Assembly (NCBI GenBank): GCA_902518505.1
Contig: CABYGG010000006.1
Span: forward strand, 2,313 to 66,312
Length of the DNA: 64,000 nucleotides
Reading direction: 5' to 3'
From: an uncultured Alphaproteobacteria bacterium
GTDB lineage: Bacteria > Pseudomonadota > Alphaproteobacteria > HIMB59
In this document: positions 20,712-29,031 of the stretch, one piece after another
Position numbering within the stretch: position 1 is the stretch's first letter
Layout of the letters: the number at the start of each line of letters is the position of its first letter
The notes under the pieces: generated by a model
Databases searched by the model: none
What the model saw: the letters and a program-made list of their open reading frames with translations, nothing else
Told to the model about the DNA's origin: nothing
Position numbers and translations under genes: made by a program

Positions 20712-21830
20712 ATGTCTGAAATTCGCCAAACATACGATGATGAAATAGACTTATTTGAACTTTTTCAAACATTATGGATGGGTAAGTGGAAGATAATATG
20801 CACAATGTTTTTTACCGCTTTAATTGGTATTTATTTTAGTTACGATACACCAACTTATTTTGAAGTTTCAACTCCAATTCAAAATGGTAAGCAATCTGTG
20901 TTCCTTAAGTACACTCCTGTAAACGAGTTGATGGAGGAGAATGGAATGTTATTCGATAAAGAAGATAATCCAGATGGTTATATAATTCATAGTGACTCAA
21001 TTTTTGAAGATTTTATTAATGAATTTAATGATTATGAAGAAATGGCTGAAGCTATAATTTCAAGTAAGTGGGTGCAGGAATTAATTAAAGATTTAAATGA
21101 AATTGATAAACAGAGAGCTTTAATTGAATATTCTAAATCTTTTGAAATTAGGATTACAGCCAAGAACGAAGGTGTTCTATTTTTTGTGTGGCATGATGAT
21201 TTAGAAGGTGTGCGTATATTAAATGATGCAATCCAAAAAACGCTCATAAATATTAGAGATGCCTCAAAAGAAAATGTTGATAATTTAGCAACAGCTATTG
21301 ATATTCGAAACAATCAAGAACTAGAAACCTTACGTAACGAAATAAATCTTTTACAACAAAAGCTAATCGGTAGAGAAAAGAAACAAATTCAATATTTGAT
21401 TGAACAGTCAGCTATTGCTAAAGAATTAGGGATTGAAACAAACGAACTTGAGAGTAAGGGTTCTTCTAGGGGTTACGATTATTTGCGAGGATATGAAGCC
21501 ATTGATAAAGAGATAAAAATGATTAAAAATCGCACCGATGAAGAGAGGTTACTAAATACAGATGGTTATATAGAAACGAAAGAAAAAATCCTCTCACTTG
21601 AAAAAGATCTATCTTCTAATCAACTTAGGAGAGCTTCAGAGATGATAGCTGCTGATAATCCTGATAATTGGGTTGAGTTTGATTTAGCTATTGCTGATAA
21701 AATATCATCACAGAATAAAATGATGCAGTATGTCACCTTATCTCTTTTTTTAGGTGGAATAATTGGATCAATGTATGTTCTAATTTCAAATGCTATTCGT
21801 AAACGAAAAAATAATTTGGTGAATACTTAA
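20712..21830 (+). CDS. wzz: Wzz/FepE polysaccharide chain-length determinant
   Basis: DDEIDLFELFQTLWMGKW N-terminus, two terminal TM helices, coiled-coil periplasmic region. Confidence 0.85.
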   Translation: MSEIRQTYDDEIDLFELFQTLWMGKWKIICTMFFTALIGIYFSYDTPTYFEVSTPIQNGKQSVFLKYTPVNELMEENGMLFDKEDNPDGYIIHSDSIFEDFINEFNDYEEMAEAIISSKWVQELIKDLNEIDKQRALIEYSKSFEIRITAKNEGVLFFVWHDDLEGVRILNDAIQKTLINIRDASKENVDNLATAIDIRNNQELETLRNEINLLQQKLIGREKKQIQYLIEQSAIAKELGIETNELESKGSSRGYDYLRGYEAIDKEIKMIKNRTDEERLLNTDGYIETKEKILSLEKDLSSNQLRRASEMIAADNPDNWVEFDLAIADKISSQNKMMQYVTLSLFLGGIIGSMYVLISNAIRKRKNNLVNT

Positions 21831-22046
21831 CAAACAATTAGACATCAGTTCTACTAAAATATTTATATTATCGATTGATTAAATTTTGTGAATGCTTGTT
21901 TGTGGAATAAATAGTTAAAAGCTCATAAAACAAAGAATTGGATGTTAAAGGAAAAATTACTTTACTATGTCTTCGCAAAAAATACTTGATCATCAAGTGT
22001 ATAAAAATGAAAAAAACAAAGCTCATTAAAAATTTTAAAGGTAAAC

Positions 22047-22403
22047 TTAATTAATAAAAGCTAGATAGGCCTCCATAAAAAGCTTAGCAATAAATAAAGT
22101 TAAAAGGAAAAATACTAGTTTTATAGTTATTCTTACAATCCTTCCTGATTCCATTTGTGCGTAATATGCTTCGAATATATCAAAGTTATTGAAAAACTTT
22201 TTGTTTACATAGTTTTTAAGTAAATAAAACAATTTAGCTAATGGTTTTACGACAAAGTAATTTCCAATTATAGAAAATACGATAACAATTATTAAACTTA
22301 TATTCATTGCAAAGGACCAGATTATTAGTGACACAATCCAGTACCCTAAAAATAGTAATCTTTCTTTTTGTTGTGGGTGAATATAGGCTTGAAAAAAATT
22401 CAT
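22047..22403 (-). CDS. Hypothetical membrane protein
   Basis: 118-aa hydrophobic ORF starting 1 nt after the dehydrogenase stop. Confidence 0.6.
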   Translation of the reverse strand: MNFFQAYIHPQQKERLLFLGYWIVSLIIWSFAMNISLIIVIVFSIIGNYFVVKPLAKLFYLLKNYVNKKFFNNFDIFEAYYAQMESGRIVRITIKLVFFLLTLFIAKLFMEAYLAFIN

Positions 22404-22404
22404 T

Positions 22405-23436
22405 TTATTTCAATCCGTCTAAAGCCATTTCATTTGCAACATTGGATGCTAAAATTGTATATTTCTTAGATTTTTCTAAAATAGATTTTGTACGCGATTT
22501 TATTTTTATTAAAAGGTCATCCACAACTTTATCATTTGGTTCAAGATTTTCCTTAATGCTTAGTCTAGAACCTAAAATAATTACACCGCCAGCATTGGCA
22601 CAATAATCTGGACAATACAATATACCCTCATTATTTAATTCTTTTTCTATATCTTTATTAACCAGTTGATTATTTGCTGCTCCAGTAATTATTGACATTT
22701 TATTTCTAGAAAAACTCAAAAACTCTTTATTTAAATCACCACCTCCAGCGCAAGGAGAATAAATGTCAATTTTTTCAAAGGAGGTATCCTGAAGCTGATC
22801 ACAAAATTTGTATCCATCTCTTTCAATCAAATCTTTTTTATGTTCTAAGTCAGAAATTTCAATATTCGCTCCATCTTTTTTACATAATGAAGCAATTCTG
22901 GATCCCGTTTTTCCATATCCTTTAATAAATATATTTTTATTTTTTAATGACTCTTTTCCATATTTGAATTCAACACATCCTAACATTGAGTAATAAACAC
23001 CTAATGCGGTACTTAATCCAGAGTCAGAACCTATAGGGTTACAAACATGATTTGAATATTCTCTAAATCCTTTTAAGTCCTCATCAACTGTTCCCATATC
23101 TCCGGCTGTAATATAAGTACCATTAAGTTTGTTTAAAACCTCTCCAAACAAACTATATGCATCTTTTTTATTTATTTTAGAGTGAATAGTAGCCTTCCCC
23201 CCTCCAAAGGGAAGCTCAGCCAAAGAATTCTTATATGTCATTGCTTCAGCTAATTTTAAAACATCTTCTTCTTGTTTAATTAAATCCTGATAATTGAAAT
23301 ATCTACATCCGCCCAAAGCAGGGCCTCTTTTAGTATTATGAATAGCAATTACTGAATAGAAATTAAATTTATCCTCCTCAGCATAGACCACTCTTTCAAA
23401 TCCGTCTTTTGGTTTATCTTTAATATTTAAAGTCAT
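22405..23436 (-). CDS. ldh: Glu/Leu/Phe/Val (leucine) dehydrogenase
   Basis: IAIHNTKRGPALGGCR, MTYKN, GGGKA, GAANNQL and PDYCANAGG motifs. Confidence 0.9.
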   Translation of the reverse strand: MTLNIKDKPKDGFERVVYAEEDKFNFYSVIAIHNTKRGPALGGCRYFNYQDLIKQEEDVLKLAEAMTYKNSLAELPFGGGKATIHSKINKKDAYSLFGEVLNKLNGTYITAGDMGTVDEDLKGFREYSNHVCNPIGSDSGLSTALGVYYSMLGCVEFKYGKESLKNKNIFIKGYGKTGSRIASLCKKDGANIEISDLEHKKDLIERDGYKFCDQLQDTSFEKIDIYSPCAGGGDLNKEFLSFSRNKMSIITGAANNQLVNKDIEKELNNEGILYCPDYCANAGGVIILGSRLSIKENLEPNDKVVDDLLIKIKSRTKSILEKSKKYTILASNVANEMALDGLK

Positions 23437-23845
23437 TACTACTTATATAGTCAATTATTTTAAAATCACCCTCCAAAAAATCATATTCACGAATATCCTT
23501 AATTTCAATCCATTTTAGTTCTTTGTGAAAATTATTTAAAACCTTACCACTGAAATTATTGACTAGATAAAAATATATAAATATCCTTTTATTCAAGTCT
23601 TTATAATTAAATTCATAATTGATCAGTTTCTCACAATTAATTATGTTAATTGATAGCTCTTCATTTATTTCTCTAGTTAAGGCCTCTTCATTAGTCTCGC
23701 CATTTTTGGTTTTACCTCCGGGAAATTCCCATTTTAATGGATGTTCCTTAAATTTTGGTCTTTGACATATTAAAAGTCTATTATTTTGAAGAATTAAACC
23801 TGCAACAACTTTTATTTGTTTAATTTTCATATTTTGTTTTAGCAA
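23420..23845 (-). CDS. MutT/NudG-like NUDIX hydrolase
   Basis: WEFPGGK...EEALTREINEEL Nudix box. The start may be at 23830. Confidence 0.88.
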   Translation of the reverse strand: MLKQNMKIKQIKVVAGLILQNNRLLICQRPKFKEHPLKWEFPGGKTKNGETNEEALTREINEELSINIINCEKLINYEFNYKDLNKRIFIYFYLVNNFSGKVLNNFHKELKWIEIKDIREYDFLEGDFKIIDYISSNDFKY

Positions 23846-24722
23846 TATAAATTCCGATCAGAATTAATGTACTACCAAAAAATTGTATCAAAGTTAATTT
23901 TTCTTGGAAAAAAAAGTAAGCTAATAAGGTTGCAGCAATAGGTTGTATCAAAAGACTCAAAGATGATAAAGAGGCAGATAAAAATGCTAGAGAGTAAGTT
24001 ATAAAAGACTGTCCAATAAATTGGCATACAAAACCTAATAAAAACAAAATTGCTATCGCGTAAAAAGACTTTGGCACTAAACTTTGTTCAAAAAAAATCG
24101 CGACTAAAAGTAAAATAATTGAGCTTACACATCCTGAAAAAAACATAATTGTACTTGAATTTAAATCTTTTCTTAATTGGCTAATAGTAAGAATATAAAA
24201 ACCATACCAAATTGCTGTTAGAACACCTAAAAGATCTCCCAAAAATTGTGATTTATAAAATTTAAAACTCTCACCCAATAATAAGGTCATACCGCTCATC
24301 GAAATAAAAATTGCAATAAAAAAAAACTTAGTAAATTTTTCTTTAAGAAATATTAAAGAAAATAAAATTACTACAATTGGAGCTAAATTAGATAAAAACG
24401 TTGCCTTAGAAACTGTGGTAAGTTTGATAGACAAATGCCAACAAATTAAATCTAATGAAAAAAAGATACCTGAAATAAAAATAATTAAAAATTTATTTTT
24501 TAAAACAGGAAAGTTTACTTTTTCAATAATTTTCAGTGACCCAAACATTAAAAAAAAAGGAAGACTCACAAATATCCTAAAAAAAGCTGTCATTATTGGG
24601 TCAACCTCAGAAAGTCGAACAAATATAGGAGAAAAAGCAATACTTACTGCGCCAATAATTAGGACAAGAAAAGGATTAATTTTTAAATTAGGCAAAAACT
24701 TCTTCGGATTTTTCTTTTTCAA
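23820..24722 (-). CDS. DMT/EamA family transporter
   Basis: About 10 TM helices in two EamA repeats; FSPIFVRLS, LLIQPIAA. Confidence 0.85.
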   Translation of the reverse strand: MKKKNPKKFLPNLKINPFLVLIIGAVSIAFSPIFVRLSEVDPIMTAFFRIFVSLPFFLMFGSLKIIEKVNFPVLKNKFLIIFISGIFFSLDLICWHLSIKLTTVSKATFLSNLAPIVVILFSLIFLKEKFTKFFFIAIFISMSGMTLLLGESFKFYKSQFLGDLLGVLTAIWYGFYILTISQLRKDLNSSTIMFFSGCVSSIILLLVAIFFEQSLVPKSFYAIAILFLLGFVCQFIGQSFITYSLAFLSASLSSLSLLIQPIAATLLAYFFFQEKLTLIQFFGSTLILIGIYIAKTKYEN

Positions 24723-25884
24723 TGATTGGAAAATGAATGATTGCAGAAAATAGAGAAATTAATATCGCCATTATCCAAGCTATATCGAGTGAGCCATAAA
24801 TATCTATAACTAAACCACCAATAAAAGAGCCAAGAAATGCTCCTGCTTGATGGGAAACCATTACAATCCCAAATAAGGTCGAAAGGTATCTTGTGCCAAA
24901 TCTATTTGAAACAATTCCCGAAGTCGGTGGGACAGTTGATAACCATAAAAGACCGATACAACAACTGAAAGCTATAATTGTGAAATTGTTAGTAGGCAAA
25001 ATTAATAATAAAAAAATTACTATGCTTCTTACAAAATAAATAAATGATAATATATATTTTTTTTTAATAATGCCTGAAACCTTTCCTGAAATTAAAGTAC
25101 CAATCATATTAAATAACCCAATCAAAGTAAGTCCTGTTGCAGCTATTGTAGTTTCTAAACCTTTAATTTTTGCAAAAACTGGAAGATAGTTTGAAATTAA
25201 AGCAACATGTAAGCCACAAACAAAAAATCCTAAAATAAGATAGTTATAACTTTTATCCTTAAAAGCTTTTTTAATCACATCTGATATTTTTCTTTTTGTA
25301 AATTCTTGCTTATCTTTTTTTTGTGGCTTTGGTAAAAGGAATATAAGTGAAAGAGGAATTATAAAAAGAAAAAACATAGATGTAATTTGAAAAGAAAAAC
25401 TCCATTTAAAGGTTGTGACTAAAAATTGATTAATAGGTGTAAATATAAACATCCCTGTTGCAGCAAGAGACATAAGTATTCCTGTAACTGTGCTTTGTGT
25501 TTTATCATCCTCAAAATATTTTGAAACTCCACCAATTATAACTGGTACAGAAATAACACCTGCTGAAATGCCTCCAATTATGCCAATACCAAATAAAAAA
25601 TGTAAAGGGTGTATTGCTGAAGAAGCAACATAGAAACTAAGAGATACACCAAAGAAGCCAAAACAAAGAGTTTTTACATAACCCCTTTGTTCAGCAAATG
25701 CGCCTGCAATGGGTGACATAGCTCCCCAAAGCAAATTAAAAAGACCATATGTTAGACCTATTATTGAAGCACTAAAAACTGTAGAACTTAGAAGATCTGG
25801 GACGTATATCCCTAGAGACATTCTAAATCCGTTTCCTACTGACAGTATTAATCCAGCAACTAGAACTAATAGAATTGTTCTCAT
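24688..25884 (-). CDS. MFS transporter
   Basis: About 12 TM helices; GFFVCGLHV, WLSTVPPT, SHQAGAFLG. Confidence 0.88.
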   Translation of the reverse strand: MRTILLVLVAGLILSVGNGFRMSLGIYVPDLLSSTVFSASIIGLTYGLFNLLWGAMSPIAGAFAEQRGYVKTLCFGFFGVSLSFYVASSAIHPLHFLFGIGIIGGISAGVISVPVIIGGVSKYFEDDKTQSTVTGILMSLAATGMFIFTPINQFLVTTFKWSFSFQITSMFFLFIIPLSLIFLLPKPQKKDKQEFTKRKISDVIKKAFKDKSYNYLILGFFVCGLHVALISNYLPVFAKIKGLETTIAATGLTLIGLFNMIGTLISGKVSGIIKKKYILSFIYFVRSIVIFLLLILPTNNFTIIAFSCCIGLLWLSTVPPTSGIVSNRFGTRYLSTLFGIVMVSHQAGAFLGSFIGGLVIDIYGSLDIAWIMAILISLFSAIIHFPIIEKEKSEEVFA

Positions 25885-25956
25885 TTGCTTAAAATATATG
25901 AATCATATCAAAAAAATATGTTTATTTTTGAGGTTAAATATCTATTATACGCCGTC

Positions 25957-26040
25957 ATGGGTTATCCTAAAAAACACAGAGGCAGAAGAAAAATAGGTTC
26001 ACGAAAAAGAAGAGCTAAAAGAAGAGCTAAAAAGAAATAG
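25957..26040 (+). CDS. 27-aa highly basic peptide, bS22/eL41-like candidate ribosomal protein
   Basis: Manual translation MGYPKKHRGRRKIGSRKRRAKRRAKKK*. Clean ORF in an intergenic gap with TATTAT 8 nt upstream; below the ORF-track cutoff. Confidence 0.65.
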   Translation: MGYPKKHRGRRKIGSRKRRAKRRAKKK

Positions 26041-26075
26041 TATTTTCAAATATTATAATTTATTCCTGATATTTA

Positions 26076-26543
26076 ATGGTTGTATTAAACAGAAGAAGAT
26101 TTATATCAGTACTTATTGGGGGGTGTTTTGTTGGATATAATCCTTTGGTTGCTATGGAAAAATTAATTCTTTCAGATGAGGAATGGAAATTGAGATTATC
26201 AGATGAAGAGTATTACATATTGAGACAGCATGGAACTGAACGACCCGGGTTTAGCGTGCTTAACAATGAAAAAAGGAAAGGTACCTACCATTGTGCAGGA
26301 TGTGAATTACCACTATTTTCTTCGGATATGAAATATGATAGCGGAACTGGTTGGCCTTCATTTTTTGATTATCTTCCTAATGCTTTGGGTTTTAAAACAG
26401 ATTTTAAATTGGTGTATCCACGAAAAGAATACCACTGTGCTAAATGTGGCGGGCATCACGGACACGTCTTCAAAGATGGTCCAGAACCTACAGGTTTAAG
26501 ATATTGTAATAACGGTATAGCTCTAAACTTTATACCAGATTAA
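26076..26543 (+). CDS. msrB: Peptide-methionine (R)-sulfoxide reductase with Tat-like signal
   Basis: GTERP, KYDSGTGWPSF, GHVFKDGPEPTGLRYCNNG; N-terminal LNRRRFI. Confidence 0.95.
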   Translation: MVVLNRRRFISVLIGGCFVGYNPLVAMEKLILSDEEWKLRLSDEEYYILRQHGTERPGFSVLNNEKRKGTYHCAGCELPLFSSDMKYDSGTGWPSFFDYLPNALGFKTDFKLVYPRKEYHCAKCGGHHGHVFKDGPEPTGLRYCNNGIALNFIPD

Positions 26544-27085
26544 TTTTTTTTAATTAGCAAATACGTTAAAGAAATAGCAAGTGCTATCTTTAAAAGTTCA
26601 CTATAAATAAATGGGTATAAGCCTGCGTTTATAGATTTCTCTAGTCCTATGAAGCTTGATAAATGGGCAATACCACAAACAAAAATAATTAACGCGCCCA
26701 TAAAAATAGATAAAATAATTTTTATTAAATTTTTATTGAAAAGGTTTTTTGAAAAATACGCTATTACAAATGAAGCTAAAATCATCCCGTAAAGAAATCC
26801 AAATGTTGGAGACATGACATAACCAAAACCTCCACCAGCAGCAAAGATGGGAAGACCAATAAGTCCAAGAATAACGTATGAAACAGTTGCATAAAACCCA
26901 ACCATACCCATTGAGGCAGCAATAAAATATACAACAAAGGTTTGTAATGTCATAGGCACAGGATAGAAAGGAATACTGATTTTACTAGAAACTGATAAGA
27001 GAATAATTCCCAAAAGAGAGAATACTATCTTGGATAAATTACTTTGAGCGTACTGACTTAAAATTGTTATATTTTTATTTTCCAT
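26540..27085 (-). CDS. bioY: Biotin transporter BioY
   Basis: PVPMTLQT, GLPIFA and SPTFGFLYG motifs. Confidence 0.92.
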   Translation of the reverse strand: MENKNITILSQYAQSNLSKIVFSLLGIILLSVSSKISIPFYPVPMTLQTFVVYFIAASMGMVGFYATVSYVILGLIGLPIFAAGGGFGYVMSPTFGFLYGMILASFVIAYFSKNLFNKNLIKIILSIFMGALIIFVCGIAHLSSFIGLEKSINAGLYPFIYSELLKIALAISLTYLLIKKN

Positions 27086-27123
27086 ATTAATTATTTATAA
27101 TTTTGAAGTGATTTGTGCAATAA

Positions 27124-28083
27124 TTATAATTGGCCTCTAATCAATTCTTTTAATTTCAATAAATCCTTATTAAATAATCTAATACCCTCAGCTAGTTTAA
27201 AAGATGCCATCTGATTTTCATTTAAATGCCAACGAAATGAGCTCTCATTCACATTAATTCTCTCAATATCTAATGAAGATGAGTTTTCTTTTGATAATTT
27301 AAGTTTAATTTCATCATTGTTTTGGCTTAGCTCTTCTAAAAGAATTGGGCTGATAGTTAATTTATCACATCCAGCTAAATTAATTATTTCATCCTTATTT
27401 CTAAATGATGCTGCCATAACGATAGTGTTATAATTAAATTTTTTAAAATAATTAAAAATCTTCTCAACACTCTCAACACCTGGGTCATTTGATGAGTCAT
27501 AATCTTTTTGTGTATTTGATTTAAACCAGTCGAGTATCCTTCCCACAAATGGTGAAATTAAAAATGCTCCTGCTTCAGCACAAGCTATTGCTTGTGTTAA
27601 AGAAAAAATGAGTGTGCAATTACAAGATATTCCCTCTGCCTCTAATTTTTTTACTGCTTGTATTCCTTCCCATGTGCCTGCAATTTTAATTAATATTCTA
27701 TTCTTGGGGACGCCTGATTGCTCATAGCTATTGATTATTTGCTTTGCCTTTTCAACAGTAGCTTCAGTATTAAATGATAAATCAGAGTCGACCTCGGTAG
27801 AAACATATCCTGGCACGATTTTTGTTAATTCTATACCAAAAGCAATAGTTAGTTGATCAGCAATGTAATTAACTTGATCCTCAGTTTGAGAAAATTTTCT
27901 ACTTTTTGAATTACTTATTACTTCATCAACTAGTTTTTTGTATTTGTTTGATTGAACAGCTTTAAATATTAAAGATGGATTGGTAGTACAGTCATCTGGG
28001 TTAAATTTTTGAATACTGTCAATATCTCCAGTGTCTGCAACAACTGATGAAAGTTTTTTTAGACTATCTAATTGAGATACCAT
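27124..28083 (-). CDS. tal: Transaldolase
   Basis: VVADTGD, TTNPSL, LIKIAGTWEG and ISPFVGRILDW motifs. Confidence 0.97.
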   Translation of the reverse strand: MVSQLDSLKKLSSVVADTGDIDSIQKFNPDDCTTNPSLIFKAVQSNKYKKLVDEVISNSKSRKFSQTEDQVNYIADQLTIAFGIELTKIVPGYVSTEVDSDLSFNTEATVEKAKQIINSYEQSGVPKNRILIKIAGTWEGIQAVKKLEAEGISCNCTLIFSLTQAIACAEAGAFLISPFVGRILDWFKSNTQKDYDSSNDPGVESVEKIFNYFKKFNYNTIVMAASFRNKDEIINLAGCDKLTISPILLEELSQNNDEIKLKLSKENSSSLDIERINVNESSFRWHLNENQMASFKLAEGIRLFNKDLLKLKELIRGQL

Positions 28084-28139
28084 GAAAATAAATATTCTTT
28101 CTTAACGATTGTTTAAGCTATATATTAATTGAACTTCTT

Positions 28140-28646
28140 ATGCAAAAAAAAATAATTATTTGTGGATTAGCAGATATCCAAGAATGCGTTGATAAATTCA
28201 GCCCAGACAAAATGCTTACTATTATTAATAAAAATTTTGAGCCTGCAACCCCATCAGGTATGGATAAAAATAGACACTTGAAAATGTTAATTGATGATAT
28301 TTCTGAGCCAAGAGAGGGATTTATATTACCTGAGAAACATCATACTCAAGAATTATTAGATTTCACAGATGATTGGGATAAAACCAAACCTATTTTAGTC
28401 CATTGTCATATGGGCATAAGTCGATCTACTGCAACAAGTTTAGGCATAGCCGCAAAATACTCCCCTGAAAATATTGAGCTTATAATTGAAAACTTAAAAG
28501 AAATTGCACCACACGCTAGCCCTAATAAGATTATGATGAGATATTATGATGAAATATTGGGTTTAGATAACAGACTCTATGGCTCAGTTCCATACTTTGA
28601 CCCTGAGCCGATAGAAGAAAGTAGAATAGTAGAGTTAAATTTTTAG
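28140..28646 (+). CDS. Cys-based protein-tyrosine/dual-specificity phosphatase family
   Basis: VHCHMGISRS (HCx5R) P-loop; ASPN motif. Confidence 0.85.
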   Translation: MQKKIIICGLADIQECVDKFSPDKMLTIINKNFEPATPSGMDKNRHLKMLIDDISEPREGFILPEKHHTQELLDFTDDWDKTKPILVHCHMGISRSTATSLGIAAKYSPENIELIIENLKEIAPHASPNKIMMRYYDEILGLDNRLYGSVPYFDPEPIEESRIVELNF

Positions 28647-28655
28647 GATAACTAA

Positions 28656-28814
28656 ATGAATAATAGTTGTGAAGTATGTAGAAAAAAGATTTTGGAGCCT
28701 TTATATTGGGCTGATCCTAAGTTTTATGATATCCCAAAAAAAGTATTTTTTTGTGATGCCAAATGTTCACTAATTTATTACAAGAAAATTAAAAAATTAT
28801 TTAAAAATCAATAA
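28656..28814 (+). CDS. 52-aa Cys-rich small protein (CxxC...FCxxxC, TRASH/zinc-finger-like)
   Basis: Manual translation MNNSCEVCRKKILEPLYWADPKFYDIPKKVFFCDAKCSLIYYKKIKKLFKNQ*; AGGA RBS at 28645-28648. Confidence 0.6.
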   Translation: MNNSCEVCRKKILEPLYWADPKFYDIPKKVFFCDAKCSLIYYKKIKKLFKNQ

Positions 28815-28825
28815 ATTCAATACAT

Positions 28826-28852
28826 TTAGCTGTGCAAATTTTGCACAGCTAA
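28826..28852. promoter_or_regulatory. Perfect 13-bp inverted repeat (operator or terminator)
   Basis: TTAGCTGTGCAAA-T-TTTGCACAGCTAA; core TGCAA-N3-TTGCA. Confidence 0.6.
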
Positions 28853-28869
28853 GTTCTATTATCTGCAAT

Positions 28870-28897
28870 TTGACTTTAGAAAAAAAATTAGTATAAA
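28870..28897 (+). promoter_or_regulatory. Sigma70-like promoter
   Basis: TTGACT-N16-TATAAA with no ORF immediately downstream. Confidence 0.55.
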
Positions 28898-28903
28898 TCA
28901 CCA

Positions 28904-28962
28904 ATCAAAAACTAGCTCCATCCCTATTCCTATCCTTACTTATTCCTCCGGGGCTAGTTTTA
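28904..28962 (+). ncRNA. Candidate small RNA: single hairpin with CU-rich anti-SD-like loop
   Basis: Stem AAAACTAGCTCC / GGGGCTAGTTTT enclosing ATCCCTATTCCTATCCTTACTTATTCCTCC, downstream of a sigma70-like promoter. Confidence 0.5.
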
Positions 28963-29031
28963 TATAATCTCTCAAAATAACAAATTAAACTTAAACTTTA
29001 TTAAAATATTTAATTGATATAATTTTTTAAT

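Noticed and set aside
21984-21998. ACTTGAT-C-ATCAAGT palindrome resembling an FNR box
   Set aside because: The spacer is 1 nt rather than 4, and it lies between convergent gene ends.
25709-25996. 95-aa + strand ORF
   Set aside because: Mostly antisense to the MFS gene; the 27-aa basic ORF in another frame explains the intergenic part better.
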